DNA from: Dictyostelium discoideum
Taxonomy: Eukaryota
Reading direction: 5' to 3'
Length of the DNA stretch: 64,000 nucleotides
Assembly (NCBI GenBank): GCA_000004695.1
Contig: CM000154.2
Location: forward strand, 4,512,001 to 4,576,000
Shown: in pieces, positions 33,601-47,094 of the stretch
Position numbering within the stretch: position 1 is the stretch's first letter
Layout: every line of letters begins with the position of its first letter
Position numbers and translations under genes: made by a program
Notes under the pieces: generated by a model
What the model was told of the DNA's origin: nothing
The model's input: only the letters and a program-made list of their open reading frames with translations
Database searches by the model: none

Positions 33601-35267
33601 TTAAATCAAATTTATTCGTTACAGTTGATTTGGACGAAACTAAACAATATCTTCTAGATAGATATGGTGATTTTATTACTGGAATTTATTCAAACACAGA
33701 TAAAAGTTATGTTACAGAAATAAAAAACGAATTAATTAAATTAGGTTCAAAAAAGAAAGGAGTAGATTTAATATTAAATACATTACCAAGTGATTTTATG
33801 GATTCAAATTTCGAGTTATTAACAAAGAGTGGTAGAATAATTGATTTAACTTCAAATCATTTAAATCAAAGTGAATTTTTAAAAAATATCAATTTTAAAT
33901 ATAACCATGGTTACCACAACTTTCAGTTATCATTAATTCAAAAAAATAAAATACAAAAATGTTTATATGAAATTTCACATGCTATTGAAAATGGAGAATT
34001 AAAAACTATTCCAATTAAAGAATTTACAAATTTAAATATTAAAGATGCCATCAAATACATTACCAACGGTAACATTGAAAAAATTACAGTTAGTCATGAT
34101 CATGAAATTTATAGTGATATTATTTATAGATCTTTAGATGAAAAAGAGTTTTCAATATTAAAATCAAATTATCAAATTAATTCAAATAATTTAGGTAAAA
34201 ACATATTAATTACAGGTCAATCAGGTATTATTTTAGAAATATTAAAATGGATCATTAAATATTCAAATATTAACACAATTGAAAATGTTATTATTCTTTC
34301 AAGATCATCATTAAAATGGGAATTAGAATTATTAATTAATCAAACTAAACTATCAAATAATAATATTAAATTTCATTTCAAGAGTGTTGATGTCGGTGAT
34401 AGTGAACAAGTTGATAATGCAATCAATGAAATATTAAATGAAAATCAACAAATTACAAATATTGATTCAATATACCATTTTGCATTTCAACAAATTACAT
34501 GTAAAGTTCAAGAAATCAATATGAAACATTTAGATATTTCACATGGAGCAAAATCAATGGGTGCAGTTAATTTACATAATCAATCAATTAAACGTAATTG
34601 GAAATTAATTAATTTTGTTATGGCTTCTTCTGCACTTTCATTAATAGGTTCAACAGATCAATGTACATATGCCTGTGCAAACCTATTATTAGATTCATTT
34701 TCAAAATACAGAGAATCACTTGGATTACCATCTGCTTGTATTAACCTTGGGTCAATTGAATCAACTGGTTTCGTTTCAAAGAATGAATCAATTTCAGAAT
34801 TTACAGATGGCATTGGTTACGTTCCAACACCTATCAATCTAGTTTTAGGTCTTTTAGATTTACAAATTCAAAATGCAGGTAAATTTACGAATTCAATGCT
34901 TTCAAATTTAATATCATCAAAATTTAAAAATATTCAACAAACATCATTATTTCTAAAATTTGATTACTTGATGAATTTAAATGACAACAGTGAACAAACT
35001 AAAAAAGAGAATATTGGAAATAAAAACATTGATGAATTATTCATTGAGAAAGTTTCAGAATTATTTTCAACGGATCAATCAAGAATAAATAAAAATCTTA
35101 GATTAATTGATTATGGCGCAGATTCATTAATAATAGTTCAATTAAAGAATTGGATAGATAAAGAAATTGGTATAAATTTAATAACAATTAAACAACTTCA
35201 AAACAATACAATTAATATTTCAATCAAAATGATATTAAATTCATTAATGAAAAATAATCAAATATAG
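27649..35267 (+). CDS. Type I reducing PKS-C (KS-AT-DH-CMeT-ER*-KR-ACP), 2 exons: join(27649..28285,28360..35267), about 2514 aa; terminal R domain lost
   Basis: ATG at 27649 ([27 protein letters not shown]). KS: [10 protein letters not shown], a 74-bp phase-1 intron after VGGVNLILG, then [14 protein letters not shown] and [12 protein letters not shown]: GQGSQ and GHSLGE. DH: [11 protein letters not shown]. CMeT: [12 protein letters not shown]. Degenerate ER motif: [16 protein letters not shown]: [15 protein letters not shown]. It terminates with ...NSLMKNNQI* at 35267, where PKS-D continues into about 415 aa of R domain. Confidence 0.85.
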
Positions 35268-35639
35268 ATGACAATAATAATACATACAATAGATATTAAC
35301 CCAATGAAAATCAAAACATTACTAGAATTATCAACAGATAATGGGTGATCTTGAAATTTTTTATTTAAATAAGATTCAAATTTTACTTTGCGTTTTTTTT
35401 ATTTAATATTTTTAGATTTGGGTAGTTTTGGACATTATAAAATAAAAAATCTAAATCTAAATAAAATAAAAAATACAAATCTAAATTATTCTTTTTTATA
35501 AAAAAAAAAAAAAAAAAAAAAGTCAAATCAACATAAAAACATCTTCAGACATTATTTTTAAAATTGAATTTATAAAAAAAATTTTATTTATAAAAATAAA
35601 ATTTTTTCTCAATTAATATAGATATTTCAAAACTAAATT

Positions 35640-37120
35640 ATGAATAATTTTAAAAAATATAAATTTAATAGATAAAGGTGTTGCAATTGTTGGGGTGGGG
35701 TTCAGAATTCCTTCTGGTAATTATGAAAATTCAATTAGTTCACCAGATTATTAAATTTAATAATTTAAAGAATGGTTTTGATGGTGTTAGTAGTACATCA
35801 GAAAGATGGAGTGACAATTTTCATAAATTAGGTGAAATTAGTAGTCCAAATGCAGGTTTATTACCATTTAATGAATGCAAATCATTCGATCCATTATTTT
35901 TTGGTATTAATCCATCCGATGCTCATCAGATTGATCCTCAACAAAGATTATTATTAAAATGTACATGGGAAGTATTAGAAGATGCATCTATTGATCCAAT
36001 TTCAATTCGTGGTACAAATACTTCAGTTTTCATTGGTTCTTCAACTATCGATTATCAACTGTTTCGATTTTAATGGTCCATCATTTTCAATGCATGTTCA
36101 TCATCATTAAATGTTGTTTAATGTTTAAATATCAATGCTTTTTACCAAATATTCATTTCAAAAATCCAAATCCATTAATTAAATTCAATGAATGGAATTT
36201 AAAAGTTGTAACATCACCAATTCCATTCAACAAAAGAAATAATGAATTACCAGTTTCAATGATGATTAATAACTTTGGTTTAACAGGTTCAAATTGTTGT
36301 TTACTTTTAACAGAATATAAAAAACAAGATTATGAATCATATGAAACTATCTACAAAAATGATAATAGTAAAAATATATTAATACCATTTTCAGCAAATT
36401 CAACAAATTCATTAAATCAATACCAATCAAAATTTAAAAATATAAATAATAATCAATTCAATTTTATTGATTTTACCGCAAATCAAATTTATTCAAAATC
36501 AAATTATCTTTATCAAAGATCGGTTGTAATCGCAAGTAATTCAAATGAACTTTTTGAAAAAATTTTAAATAAAAAACAAATTCGAAATAAAAATTCAATC
36601 ATCTCAAATATGTCATTCAAAGGAAAGAATCCAATTACAATTTTTGTTTTTTCAGGTCAAGGATCACAATATCCTAAAATGGCTTTAGAATTATATAATA
36701 ATGAAGTAATCTTTAAAAAATCAATTGATTTAATCGATTCAAAATTATCAAAGTACTATGGTTATTCAGTATGGGAGAAGGTAAAAAAAATCAAAGATTA
36801 TGATACTACTTCCATTCATGATCCAACTATTGTACAACCAGCAGTGTGTATGTTTTCAGTATCATTATTTGAATTGTATTGCCATTGGGGAGTAAATCCA
36901 TCATTTATTCTTGGTCATAGTATTGGTGAAATTTCAACATTATATTGTTCTGGAATAATCGATTTAGATACATTTTATCACAGATCAATAGCACAAACTA
37001 AAACACACTGTAATGGTGGGCATCCACTGATATTGATATTAGGAAAAATAGATGTAGTATGTCTCAACAAAGTTGGTATCAATTATTAAATAACAGTAAT
37101 TATAAAGACATTGCAATGTG
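35640..37120 (+). pseudogene. Mosaic PKS pseudogene between PKS-C and PKS-D: promoter and 5' end copy, KS N-terminal fragment, deletion, KS C-terminus plus AT fragment, deletion, short CMeT fragment
   Basis: 35655-35700 duplicates the C and D 5' ends (aaatttaatagataaaggtgttgcaattgttggggtgggg). ORF-track fragments 35678..36073 and 36073..37089 read KS, AT ([22 protein letters not shown]) and a DIRKDRC...QQSW CMeT fragment in shifted frames. There are multiple indels and no intact frame. Confidence 0.8.
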
Positions 37121-37766
37121 CATGCTAAAATTAAAAAGATTCCTTTATTGTATCCAAAAAATAAAAGTGAAAAAAAAAAAAAAAAGAATGGTTTAAAAAA
37201 AAAAAAAAAAGGGTTAAAAATATAATAAATTAATTTTTAATAAATGTTGAGAGAAAGTATTTAAATTTTTTTTTTATTTTATTTTTTATTTTTTTTTTTT
37301 TTCCTATTCTCTGGGATTATAATCTGAAAAAGGGTTTTTTTTTTTTAAACAAATATGGGCTTACTAATAATTTAAATTGGTAAAAAAAAACAGAAAGGAT
37401 GATATATACAAAAAAAAAAATATTTTTTGTCCTTGAATATAATTTTTTCAAATATTATATCATTGTTGTTTTATAATTAATTTGAATTTGTATAATTTTA
37501 TGAATTTTATCTGGTGTGAATCTGCAAAAAATTTTATATTTTTTTTTATTTTTTTATCTGGTGGAAATCTACAAAAAAAACAACAATAAATCTATAGATT
37601 TAAAAAATTAAAAAATCGTCATTATTTTTTTTTTTGGTATGGCTTTCTCTAAACGAATCCCCACGAAAAAAAATTATAAACTTCTAATTTTCTAAGGCCA
37701 CAGTGCTGCACAAAATTACTTTTCACTTTATAGTGCTGAAATTTTTACATCCAACCCCCAAAATTT

Positions 37767-37803
<37 letters not shown>

Positions 37804-38114
37804 CATATGTACAAAAAAATAAATAAAAATAAATAATTTAACAACAAAATGAACACAAAAACAAAATACATTTCTTCAAGTATTATTTTTAAAATAAATC
37901 AAATGTGCTGTTAGTTAATCTCCTGAATAAAAATTTTTTATAAATTTTACCACATAAAGCCTTTAAAAAAAGTTTGTGTTTAATAATTTTAATTAATAAA
38001 ATCATGTAAATAATGAAAGTTTTTTAAAAAAAATATAAATTTAAAACAACAATATTTAATTTTAATAAAAAATTTTCTTCACTAATTTTGATATTTCAAA
38101 ACTACTAAATACCT

Positions 38115-41100
38115 ATGGGTAATTTAAAAAATATAAATTTAAAAGAGAAAGGAGTTGCAATTGTTGGTATTGGATTTAGAATTCCTTCTGGTAATAATGA
38201 AAATTCAATTAGTTCACCAGATGATTTATTTAATAATTTAAAGAATGGTTTTGATGGTGTTAGTAGTACATCAGAAAGATGGAGTGACAATTTTCATAAA
38301 TTAGGTGAAATTAGTAGTCCAAATGCAGGTTTATTACCATTTAAAGAATGGAAATCATTCGACCCATTATTTTTTGGTATTAATCCATCTGAAGCTCCAT
38401 TAATCGATCCTCAACAAAGATTATTATTAAAATGTACATGGGAAGCATTAGAAGATGCATCTATTGATCCAATTTCAATTCGTGGTACAAATACTTCAGT
38501 TTTCATTGGTTCTTCAACTATTGATTATTTACATACAAATAAACATCAAGACTCAGTTTTAAAGAATGCAATAGCACAATCAACCAGTGCGATTTCAAAT
38601 AGAATTTCATACTGTTTCGATTTTAATGGTCCATCACTATCAATTGATACTGCATGTTCATCATCATTAAATGCAGTTTCTCAAGGTTATCATTCAATAT
38701 TAAATGGTACTTCCAATATGTCAATTGTTGGTGGTGTAAATTTAATATTAGGTAAGGATTATTATTTTTTTTTTAAAATTAAAAATACACTTATTAATTA
38801 AAATTTATTTTTATTAGATGTTGATATTATAAAAGCATATTCGATTTTAAGCATGTTAAGTAAAACACATGGTAAATGTAAAACATTTGATGAAAGTGGC
38901 GATGGTTTTACACGTGGTGAATGTGTCGGTGTTGTAGTTTTAAAGAATTTACAAGATGCAGTAAAAGATGGTAATAGAATTTATTGTGTAATTAATGGTT
39001 CAAGTTCAAATGTTGATGGTAATGGTAATATGGATAAAGTTAACTTTTATTCACCATCAAAACAATCACAATTTAATAATATTAATTCAGCATTTAAGTC
39101 AACAAATGACAAACTCTCGATTAATGATATTCAATATATCGAAGCACATGGTACCGGTACTAAAACAGGCGATCCAATTGAAACTGAAGCAATTTCAATG
39201 GCTTTTAAAAATAGAGATAAATCAACACCAATTCTAATTGGTTCAATTAAAAGTAATATTGGTCATTGTGAAGCTGGTTCAGGTGTTGCATCATTAATCA
39301 AATGTTGTTTAATGTTTAAATATCAATGCTTTTTACCAAATATTCATTTCAAAAATCCAAATCCATTAATTAAATTCAATGAATGGAATTTAAAAGTTGT
39401 AACCTCACCAATTCCATTCAACAAAAGAAATAATGAAAAACCAGTTTCAATGATGATTAATAACTTTGGTGTAACAGGTTCAAATTGTTGTTTACTTATT
39501 TCAGAATTTAAAAATAACAATAACTTTAAAGAGAATATTAATTTAGAATCTCAAAGTGTTAATGATAGAGTGTTAATACCATTCTCAGCAAATTCATCAA
39601 ATTCATTAAATCAATACCAATCAAAATTTAAAAATATAATTAATAATCAATTCAATTTTATTGATTTTACCGCAAATCAAATTTATTCAAAATCAAATTT
39701 TCTTTATCAAAGATCAGTTGTAATTGCAAGTAATTCAAATGAACTTTTTGAAAATATCTCAAATAAAAAACAAATTCAAACTAAAAATTCAATCATCTCA
39801 AATATGTCATTCAAAGGAAAGAACCCAATTACAATTTTTGTTTTTTCAGGTCAAGGATCACAATATCCTAAAATGGCTTTAGAATTATATAATAATGAAG
39901 TAATCTTTAAAAAGTCAATTGATTTAATCGATTCAAAATTATCAAAGTACTATGGTTTTTCAGTATGGGAGAAGGTAAAAACAATCAAAGATGATGACTT
40001 AACCTCAATACATGATCCAATTTTTGCCCAACCAGCACTATGTATGATTTCAGTATCACTATTTGAATTATATTACCATTGGGGAGTAAATCCATCATTT
40101 ATTCTTGGTCATAGTCTTGGTGAAATTTCAGCATCATATTGTTCTGGAATGATTGATTTAGATACATTCTGTTATACAGTTTATCAAAGATCAATAGCAC
40201 AATCTAAAACAAATGGTTGTGGTAGAATGTTATCAATTAATATCAGTGATGAAGAATTTAAATCAATGTATTCTCAAAAGTATCCACAAATTGAAATCGC
40301 ATGTTATAATTCACCTCAATCAATTGTTGTGGCAGGTAATGAATCAATATTAAATGAAATTTCAAAAGAATTAAAAGAAAAAGAAATTTTCACCACAATG
40401 TTAGGTTCATTATCATCATTCCATACAAGTAGCCAACAATGTACAAAAGATAGTATATTACAACTAAACATTGAAAGTAATCAACCAAAAGTACCAATAT
40501 TTTCAACAGTTACAACAAATTTATTTAATGAATCAAATCGATTTAATTCACAATATGTTTATGATAATATTATCAAACCAGTTAAATTCACACAAACAAT
40601 TTCAAATATTTATAAACATATCGAATCAAATCAATTAAATAATGAAATTGTATTCATTGAAATTGCACCACATCCAACATTATTATTTTATATTAAACAA
40701 ATGGTACCATCAAGTTTAAATGAATCAGTTTCAGTTTATTCAGCACTTCATAAGAAAAAGAATGATGTCGAAGAGTTTCAACAAACCATTTCAAATTTAT
40801 ATTGTCAAAATGGATATAATATTAATTTTAAATGTCAATTTAATAATAAAAAATCAAATCAATCAATAAATTTACCACTTTACCAATGGGATGAAGAATT
40901 ATATTTCACTCAAGCCCAAACTCTCGAACAACATAGAAAAGAAGGACCACCAATTGACCATCTTGGTACATCAAACTCTTATAATTCACCATTTAATAAT
41001 TCATATAGAACATCAATCGATATAAAGAATAAACCATTTCTATATCTTAAAGGCCATATGGTTAAAGGTAAATACTACTTCCCAGGTTGTGGTTATATTG

Positions 41101-44100
41101 ATAATATTATTCAACTTTATAAAAATCAAGATATTTTTATTAGTTTTATTGAATTTAAAACACCATTAATTTTAATTGAAGGTATCAATCAATATTTACA
41201 AACAAACATTCAACAAACTGGTAAAAGTGAATATCGTGCACAATTTCATTTCAAAGATCAAAAATCAAATGAATGGATTCAATCATCAAATGCAAATTTC
41301 CAATTATTAGATCATGGTAATGATATACCACCAAAGTATAATATTAAAGAAATTATTGAAAACAAATGTAATTTAAGCAAATTAACAAAGAATGAACTTT
41401 ATACACATATAAAATCAAAAACTGGTTTAAATTATACTGGAGTTTTTCAAGGTGTTACTGAATGTTATATAGGTGGTGATTGTACATTATCAGTTGTATC
41501 TTTAGAATCTCAAACAAACTCATTTTTAAATATACCAATATTAGATACTTGTTTACATGGAATGATAGGATTGTCAAATGATCAATGTCAAATTGTATTT
41601 GATAAAGCTATTGGATTTAAATATTATTCATCAAACATACCAGCAAATTTAAAAGATTATAAAGATAGTGTTTATGTTTATTCCCATTTAAAATCAAAAA
41701 GTGTTGATTCATTCTTTGGATCTATAATAGTAATGTTATCAGATGGTTCAGTTTTATATGAAATTGAAGAAGTTGTTTGTAAATCATTAATTCCAATCAA
41801 AGATTCACTTAAAATTGAGTATCCTAATGATGAATTATACAAAGTTCATTTACAATCAAAAGATTCTCCAATTCCAACACCATCATCATTCAAATCAATT
41901 ATTTATGAAAATGATTTCTTCCATTCTGCACTTAATATTCCAGAAGATTTATTCAAATATATTTCAACATTATTTTATAAAGATATTATAAAAAGATGTC
42001 CAGAAATTAATATCAATAAAATTAATTCTCATAGTGTTAATGAAATTATTTCAAGTTTCAGTAAAATTTCAAAACACGAAAGATTATTTAGATTTGTATT
42101 TGAAACAATAAAAGAGAATGGTATTCTTAATAGTTTGGAAGAAAATGATGATGCTTATTTCGAATTTAATGAAGTAATTATCAAATCGTCAAGAATTATT
42201 TCAAAATTATTATTCCCACTAGAAAGTGATAATGATAATGAAGATTTACCTCAATCATTATTTCAAAATGGTTTAATGGATAAAATTTATAAATGCAGAT
42301 ATTTAAGAAAGAAGAATCAAATGATTTCACATGTTATTAAACATTCAATTAAAGAGATTATTAATAATAATATTATAATTAGAATTTTAGAATTTGGAGG
42401 AGGTACTGCATCATTATCAGTTGAAGTTATTGAAGAAATAATTGCATTACTTCAAGAGAATCCAAATTATCAAGTTGAAATCGAATATACATGGAGTGAT
42501 ATTTCACCTGCATTCATAGCAGATGCAAAGAATAAAATCAATAAAATCATTAATGATGCTGCTATAACAAATGGATTTAATGTTATTTATCGTCCATTAA
42601 AAATTGATGAATCATTGATAGAAACTCAATCAATTAATCCATCATATTATGATTTCGTTATAATGTCAAATGTTCTTCATGTTGTTAAAAATATTAAACA
42701 AGCTGTAGAACAAATGTATCAATTGTTGACTCCAAATGGTCAATTACTATTTTTAGAGCCACCTTATAAATCAGTTCTAAATGATTCAATAGTTGGTTCA
42801 TTTGAACAATGGTGGTCATTCACTGATACTGATATTAGAAAAGATAGATGTAGTATGTCTCAACAAAGTTGGTGTCAATTATTAAAGACATGTAATTTTA
42901 AAGACATTGCAATGTCTAAAGAATGCATCTTTGTTGGTATTGTAATACATGCACAAAAACCACCAATTTCTTTATTGAATTCTCAACCAAAACGTGATAA
43001 TATAATTATATATGGTGGTGGTAATCCAATTTTTGTAGAAAACATCAAATTATATTCAAATTCAAAAAGTTTAATTCAAATTGAAACTATTCAAGAATTT
43101 AATCAATTATTAAGTCAATCAACAATAACAAACGATTCAATCATTTATTTCATAAAAACATTAGAAACATTATCATTGGATAATTTTAAACAAATAACTC
43201 TTGAATATATTGAAATCAATCGAAAATTATTACAAATCAATAGTTTATGTAAACATGTATTAATTGTTAGTGATTCAAGAAAAACTAACTATTTAGCATC
43301 ATCAGTTGTTGGTGCAGCAAGATACTTTGATGAATTCCAACAATTGAAACTAAATACTTTAGATTTTGATTATGATTCAACTCAAAATTATATAAATTCA
43401 AATAATAAAGATATGGTTCAATTCATTAATATCTTGACAGATTCCAAAACAAATGTTCATAAAGAAATGATTATAATTAATAATAAAGTATATTATGAAA
43501 TAGTTCAAAAAGAGAAAAATCTAAAATTAAAATACAATTCAGAATCTTTTGAAAATCAAAATAATTTAATGTGTTCATTATCACCAAATTTAGAATATCA
43601 ATTACAATCAAAACAAATTAAATTAAGAGATAATCAAGTTGAAGTTAAAACAATTGCAACTGGTATCAATTATAAAGATTATTTAAATTTTAGTGGTTCA
43701 AATAGCAACGGTGATGACAATACAGGTTTACCACAATTTGGATATGAATTTTCAGGTATTATAACAAGAGTTGGTAATAATGTAAAAGATTATAAAGTTG
43801 GTGATAATGTATTTGGTTTATCAAATTCTTGTACATCATCTCACATTGTTACAAATTATAAAAAAATTCAAATAAAACCTTCAAACCTAAGTCATAACGA
43901 AGCATCATCAATTCCAATTGATTATTTAACATCATTTATGAGTTTATTTAATATTGGTAGTTTAAATATTGAAGATAATGAATCAATTTTAATTCATTTA
44001 GGTAGTGATGGTTTTGGATTATCAACATTTGAAATATTAAAATGGAAAGGTTTTAATTCAAATTTATTCGTTACAGTAAATTCATATGAAACTAAACGAT

Positions 44101-46976
44101 ATCTTCAAGATAATTACGGTGATTTTATTACTGGAATTTATTCAAACACAGATAAAAGTTATGTTACAGAAATAAATAAAAAATTAATTAAATTAGGTTC
44201 AAAAAAGAAAGGAGTAGATTTAATATTAAATACATTACCAAGTGATTTTATGGATTCAAATTTCAAGCTATTAGCAAAGTATGGTAGAATAATTGATTTA
44301 ACGTCAAATCATTTAAATCAAAGTGAATTTTTAAAAAATATCAATTTTAAATATAATCATGGTTACCATAACTTTGAGTTATCATTAATTCAAAAAAATA
44401 AAATTCACAAATGTTTATATGAAATTTCAAATGCTTTTGAAAATGGAGAATTAAAAACCATTCCAATTAAAGAATTTACAAATTTAAATATTAAAGATGC
44501 CATCAAATACATTACCAACAATAAAATTGAAAAAATTACAGTTAGTCATGATCATGAAATTTATAGTGATATTATTTATAGATCTTTAGATGAAAAAGAG
44601 TTTTCAATATTAAAATCAAATTATCAAATTAATTCAAATAATTTAGGTAAAAACATATTAGTCACAGGTCAATCAGGTATTATTTTAGAAATATTAAAAT
44701 GGATCATTAAATATTCAAATATTAATACAATTGAAAATGTTATTATTCTTTCAAGATCATCATTAAAATGGGAATTAGAATTATTAATTAACGAAACTAA
44801 ACTATCAAATAATAATATTAAATTTCATTTCAAGAGTGTTGATATCGGTGATAGTGAACAAGTTGATAATGCAATCAATGAAATATTAAATGAAAACCAA
44901 CAAATTACAAATATTGATTCAATATACCATTTTGCATTTCAACAAATTACATGTAAAGTTCAAGAAATCAATATGAAACATTTAGATATTTCACATGGAG
45001 CAAAATCAATGGGAGCAATTAATTTACATAATCAATCAATTAAACGTAATTGGAAATTAATTAATTTTGTTATGGCTTCATCTGCAATTTCATTAATAGG
45101 TTCAACTGATTTATGTACATATGTTTGTGCAAATGCATTATTAGATTCATTTTCAAAATACAGAGAATCACTTGGATTACCATCAACTTGCATTTGCCTT
45201 GGTGCAATTGAATCAACTGGTTTCGTTTCAAAGAATGAATCAGTTTCAGTATTTTTAGACGGTGGTGGTTTCCATCCAACACCAATCAATCAAGTTTTAG
45301 GCCTTTTAGATTTACAAATTCAAAATGCTGGTAAATTCACAAATTCAATGCTTTCAAATTTCAAACCCTCAAAATTTAAAAATAATCAACAAACATCATT
45401 ATTTTTAAAATTTGATTACTTGATGAATTTAAAAAACAATAGCGAAGAAACCAAAATAGAGAATACTGGAAATAAGAACATTGATGAATTATTCATTGAG
45501 AAAGTTTCAGAATTATTTTCAATGGATGAATCAAAGATAAATAAAAATCTTAGATTAATCGATTATGGTGCAGATTCACTAATAATAGTTCAATTAAAAA
45601 ATTGGATAGATAAAGAAATTGGTATAAATTTAATAACAATTCAACAACTTCAAAACAATACAATTAGCACTTCAATGAAAATGATATTAAATTCATTAAT
45701 GAAAAATAATCAAAATATAGATGACAATAATAAAGACCTACCTTCAAATAGAATCGATTATTGGAAGAATGAAATGAAATTTGAAGAGTCTATTAAACCA
45801 ATATCAAATGAAATACAATCAAGGAATAATTCAGAAAAAATTATTTTATTAACCGGTACAACTGGTTTTTTAGGTGGTTTCTTATTATTCAATATGGTAA
45901 GATTAGATTCATGTAAATTAATTTATTGTTTAATTAGAAATAAAAGTAAATCAAATAATCCATTAGATGAAATTATAAATAATTTAAAATATCATCAACT
46001 TTATGAAAAATTAAATCAATCACAAATTTCAAAGATTATACCAATTATTGGTGATTTATCAATGAATAAACTTGGTCTTTCAAATGATGATTATGAAACA
46101 ATTTCAAAAAATGTAAATTTAATAATCAATCCAGGTGCAGATATTAATCAAAAATCAAGTTACCAAGATTGTAAATTAGTAAATGTAAATGGAGTAAAAG
46201 AAATTATTAAATTATCATTATCATCATTAAAACAAAGGATACCAATTGTAAACTTTTCATCATTTTCAGTATTTTTCAATCAATCACTTGATAAGAATTT
46301 TGATGAATCAGTTTTACCATCAATTGATAATATTGATAATTTACCAACAGAATATATGAAGAGTAAAGTTGTTGGTGAATATATTTTATTGGAAGCTTCT
46401 AAAAAATATAATATACCATCAATTTTAATTAGACCACCAAGTATATTTTTAAATCCAGAAACAGGTATTGGTCATATTAGTGACTTCTCTTTATTATCAA
46501 TCCAATCATGTTATGAATTAGGTTATTATCCAAATCAATTTGAAAATGATTTTATTTTAATTAATACAATTACATGGTTATCAAATAATATTACAAATAT
46601 TATAATGAATGATAATTGTTGGACAGATTCAAAAATGAATATTTATAATGTACATGGTAAACAAATTCAATCAAGTTTAATAATTAAACCACTTGAAAAA
46701 CATTTCAATTGTAAACATATCAATACTAATGATTGGATTGATATGGTAAATAATTCAAATAAAAAATCATGTATTAAATTAAAATCATTCCATTCTTTGG
46801 ATATAATTTTAAAAAGTGAAAACAATAGATATAAACCCAATGAAAATCAAAGCATATCATTATCAACCAAATCATTACTAGAATCAATGGGCTCATACAA
46901 CACTGATCTTGAAATCACTGATAAAATGATTATTTCTCATATTAATCAAATTTTTAATTTAAATGAAACAATTTAA
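38115..46976 (+). CDS. Type I reducing PKS-D, complete (KS-AT-DH-CMeT-ER*-KR-ACP-R), 2 exons: join(38115..38751,38818..46976), about 2931 aa
   Basis: ATG at 38115 ([27 protein letters not shown]). A 66-bp intron follows VGGVNLILG (GTAAGG..TAG). The rest is one open frame to TAA at 46974-46976 (...NLNETI*). The terminal reductase is contiguous, with no intron. Confidence 0.88.
39140..39290 (+). other. PKS-D KS domain C-terminal catalytic motifs (HGTGT at about 39147, NIGH about 39255)
   Basis: [14 protein letters not shown] and [14 protein letters not shown] read in the PKS-D frame. The active-site Cys (DTACSSS) is in exon 1 at about 38650. Confidence 0.8.
39840..40130 (+). other. PKS-D acyltransferase domain core (GQGSQ about 39846, GHSLGE about 40108)
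   Basis: [13 protein letters not shown] and [16 protein letters not shown]. Confidence 0.8.
42385..42425 (+). other. PKS-D C-methyltransferase SAM-binding motif I ([12 protein letters not shown])
   Basis: LExGxGxG-type motif between DH and ER, followed by the [11 protein letters not shown] post-I motif. Confidence 0.75.
43985..44040 (+). other. PKS-D ER-domain nucleotide-binding position, degenerate ([13 protein letters not shown] instead of HSAAGGIG)
   Basis: Direct comparison with PKS-A (about 2360-2400, [13 protein letters not shown]) and PKS-B (about 14050-14100, same intact motif). Confidence 0.75.
45556..45600 (+). other. PKS-D ACP phosphopantetheine attachment site ([15 protein letters not shown])
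   Basis: DSL serine motif about 50 aa before the Asn/Asp-rich linker. Confidence 0.8.
45840..46976 (+). other. PKS-D C-terminal SDR-type thioester reductase (R) domain
   Basis: [16 protein letters not shown] (TGxxGFLG NAD(P)-binding, about 45843-45890) and [10 protein letters not shown] (YxxxK, about 46353-46385). Confidence 0.75.
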
Positions 46977-47094
46977 TTAAAAAATAAAATTTTAAAATTT
47001 TAATAAATATAAATATAATTTTTAATTTATTTATTTTTTTTTATTATTACTATTATTATTATTATTATTATTATTATTTTTTAATTAATTAATT

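Noticed and set aside
35678-37089. Two ORFs (131 aa and 338 aa) with KS and AT similarity.
   Set aside because: They are fragments of the mosaic PKS pseudogene, not an intact small PKS. The frames are discontinuous and the domains truncated.
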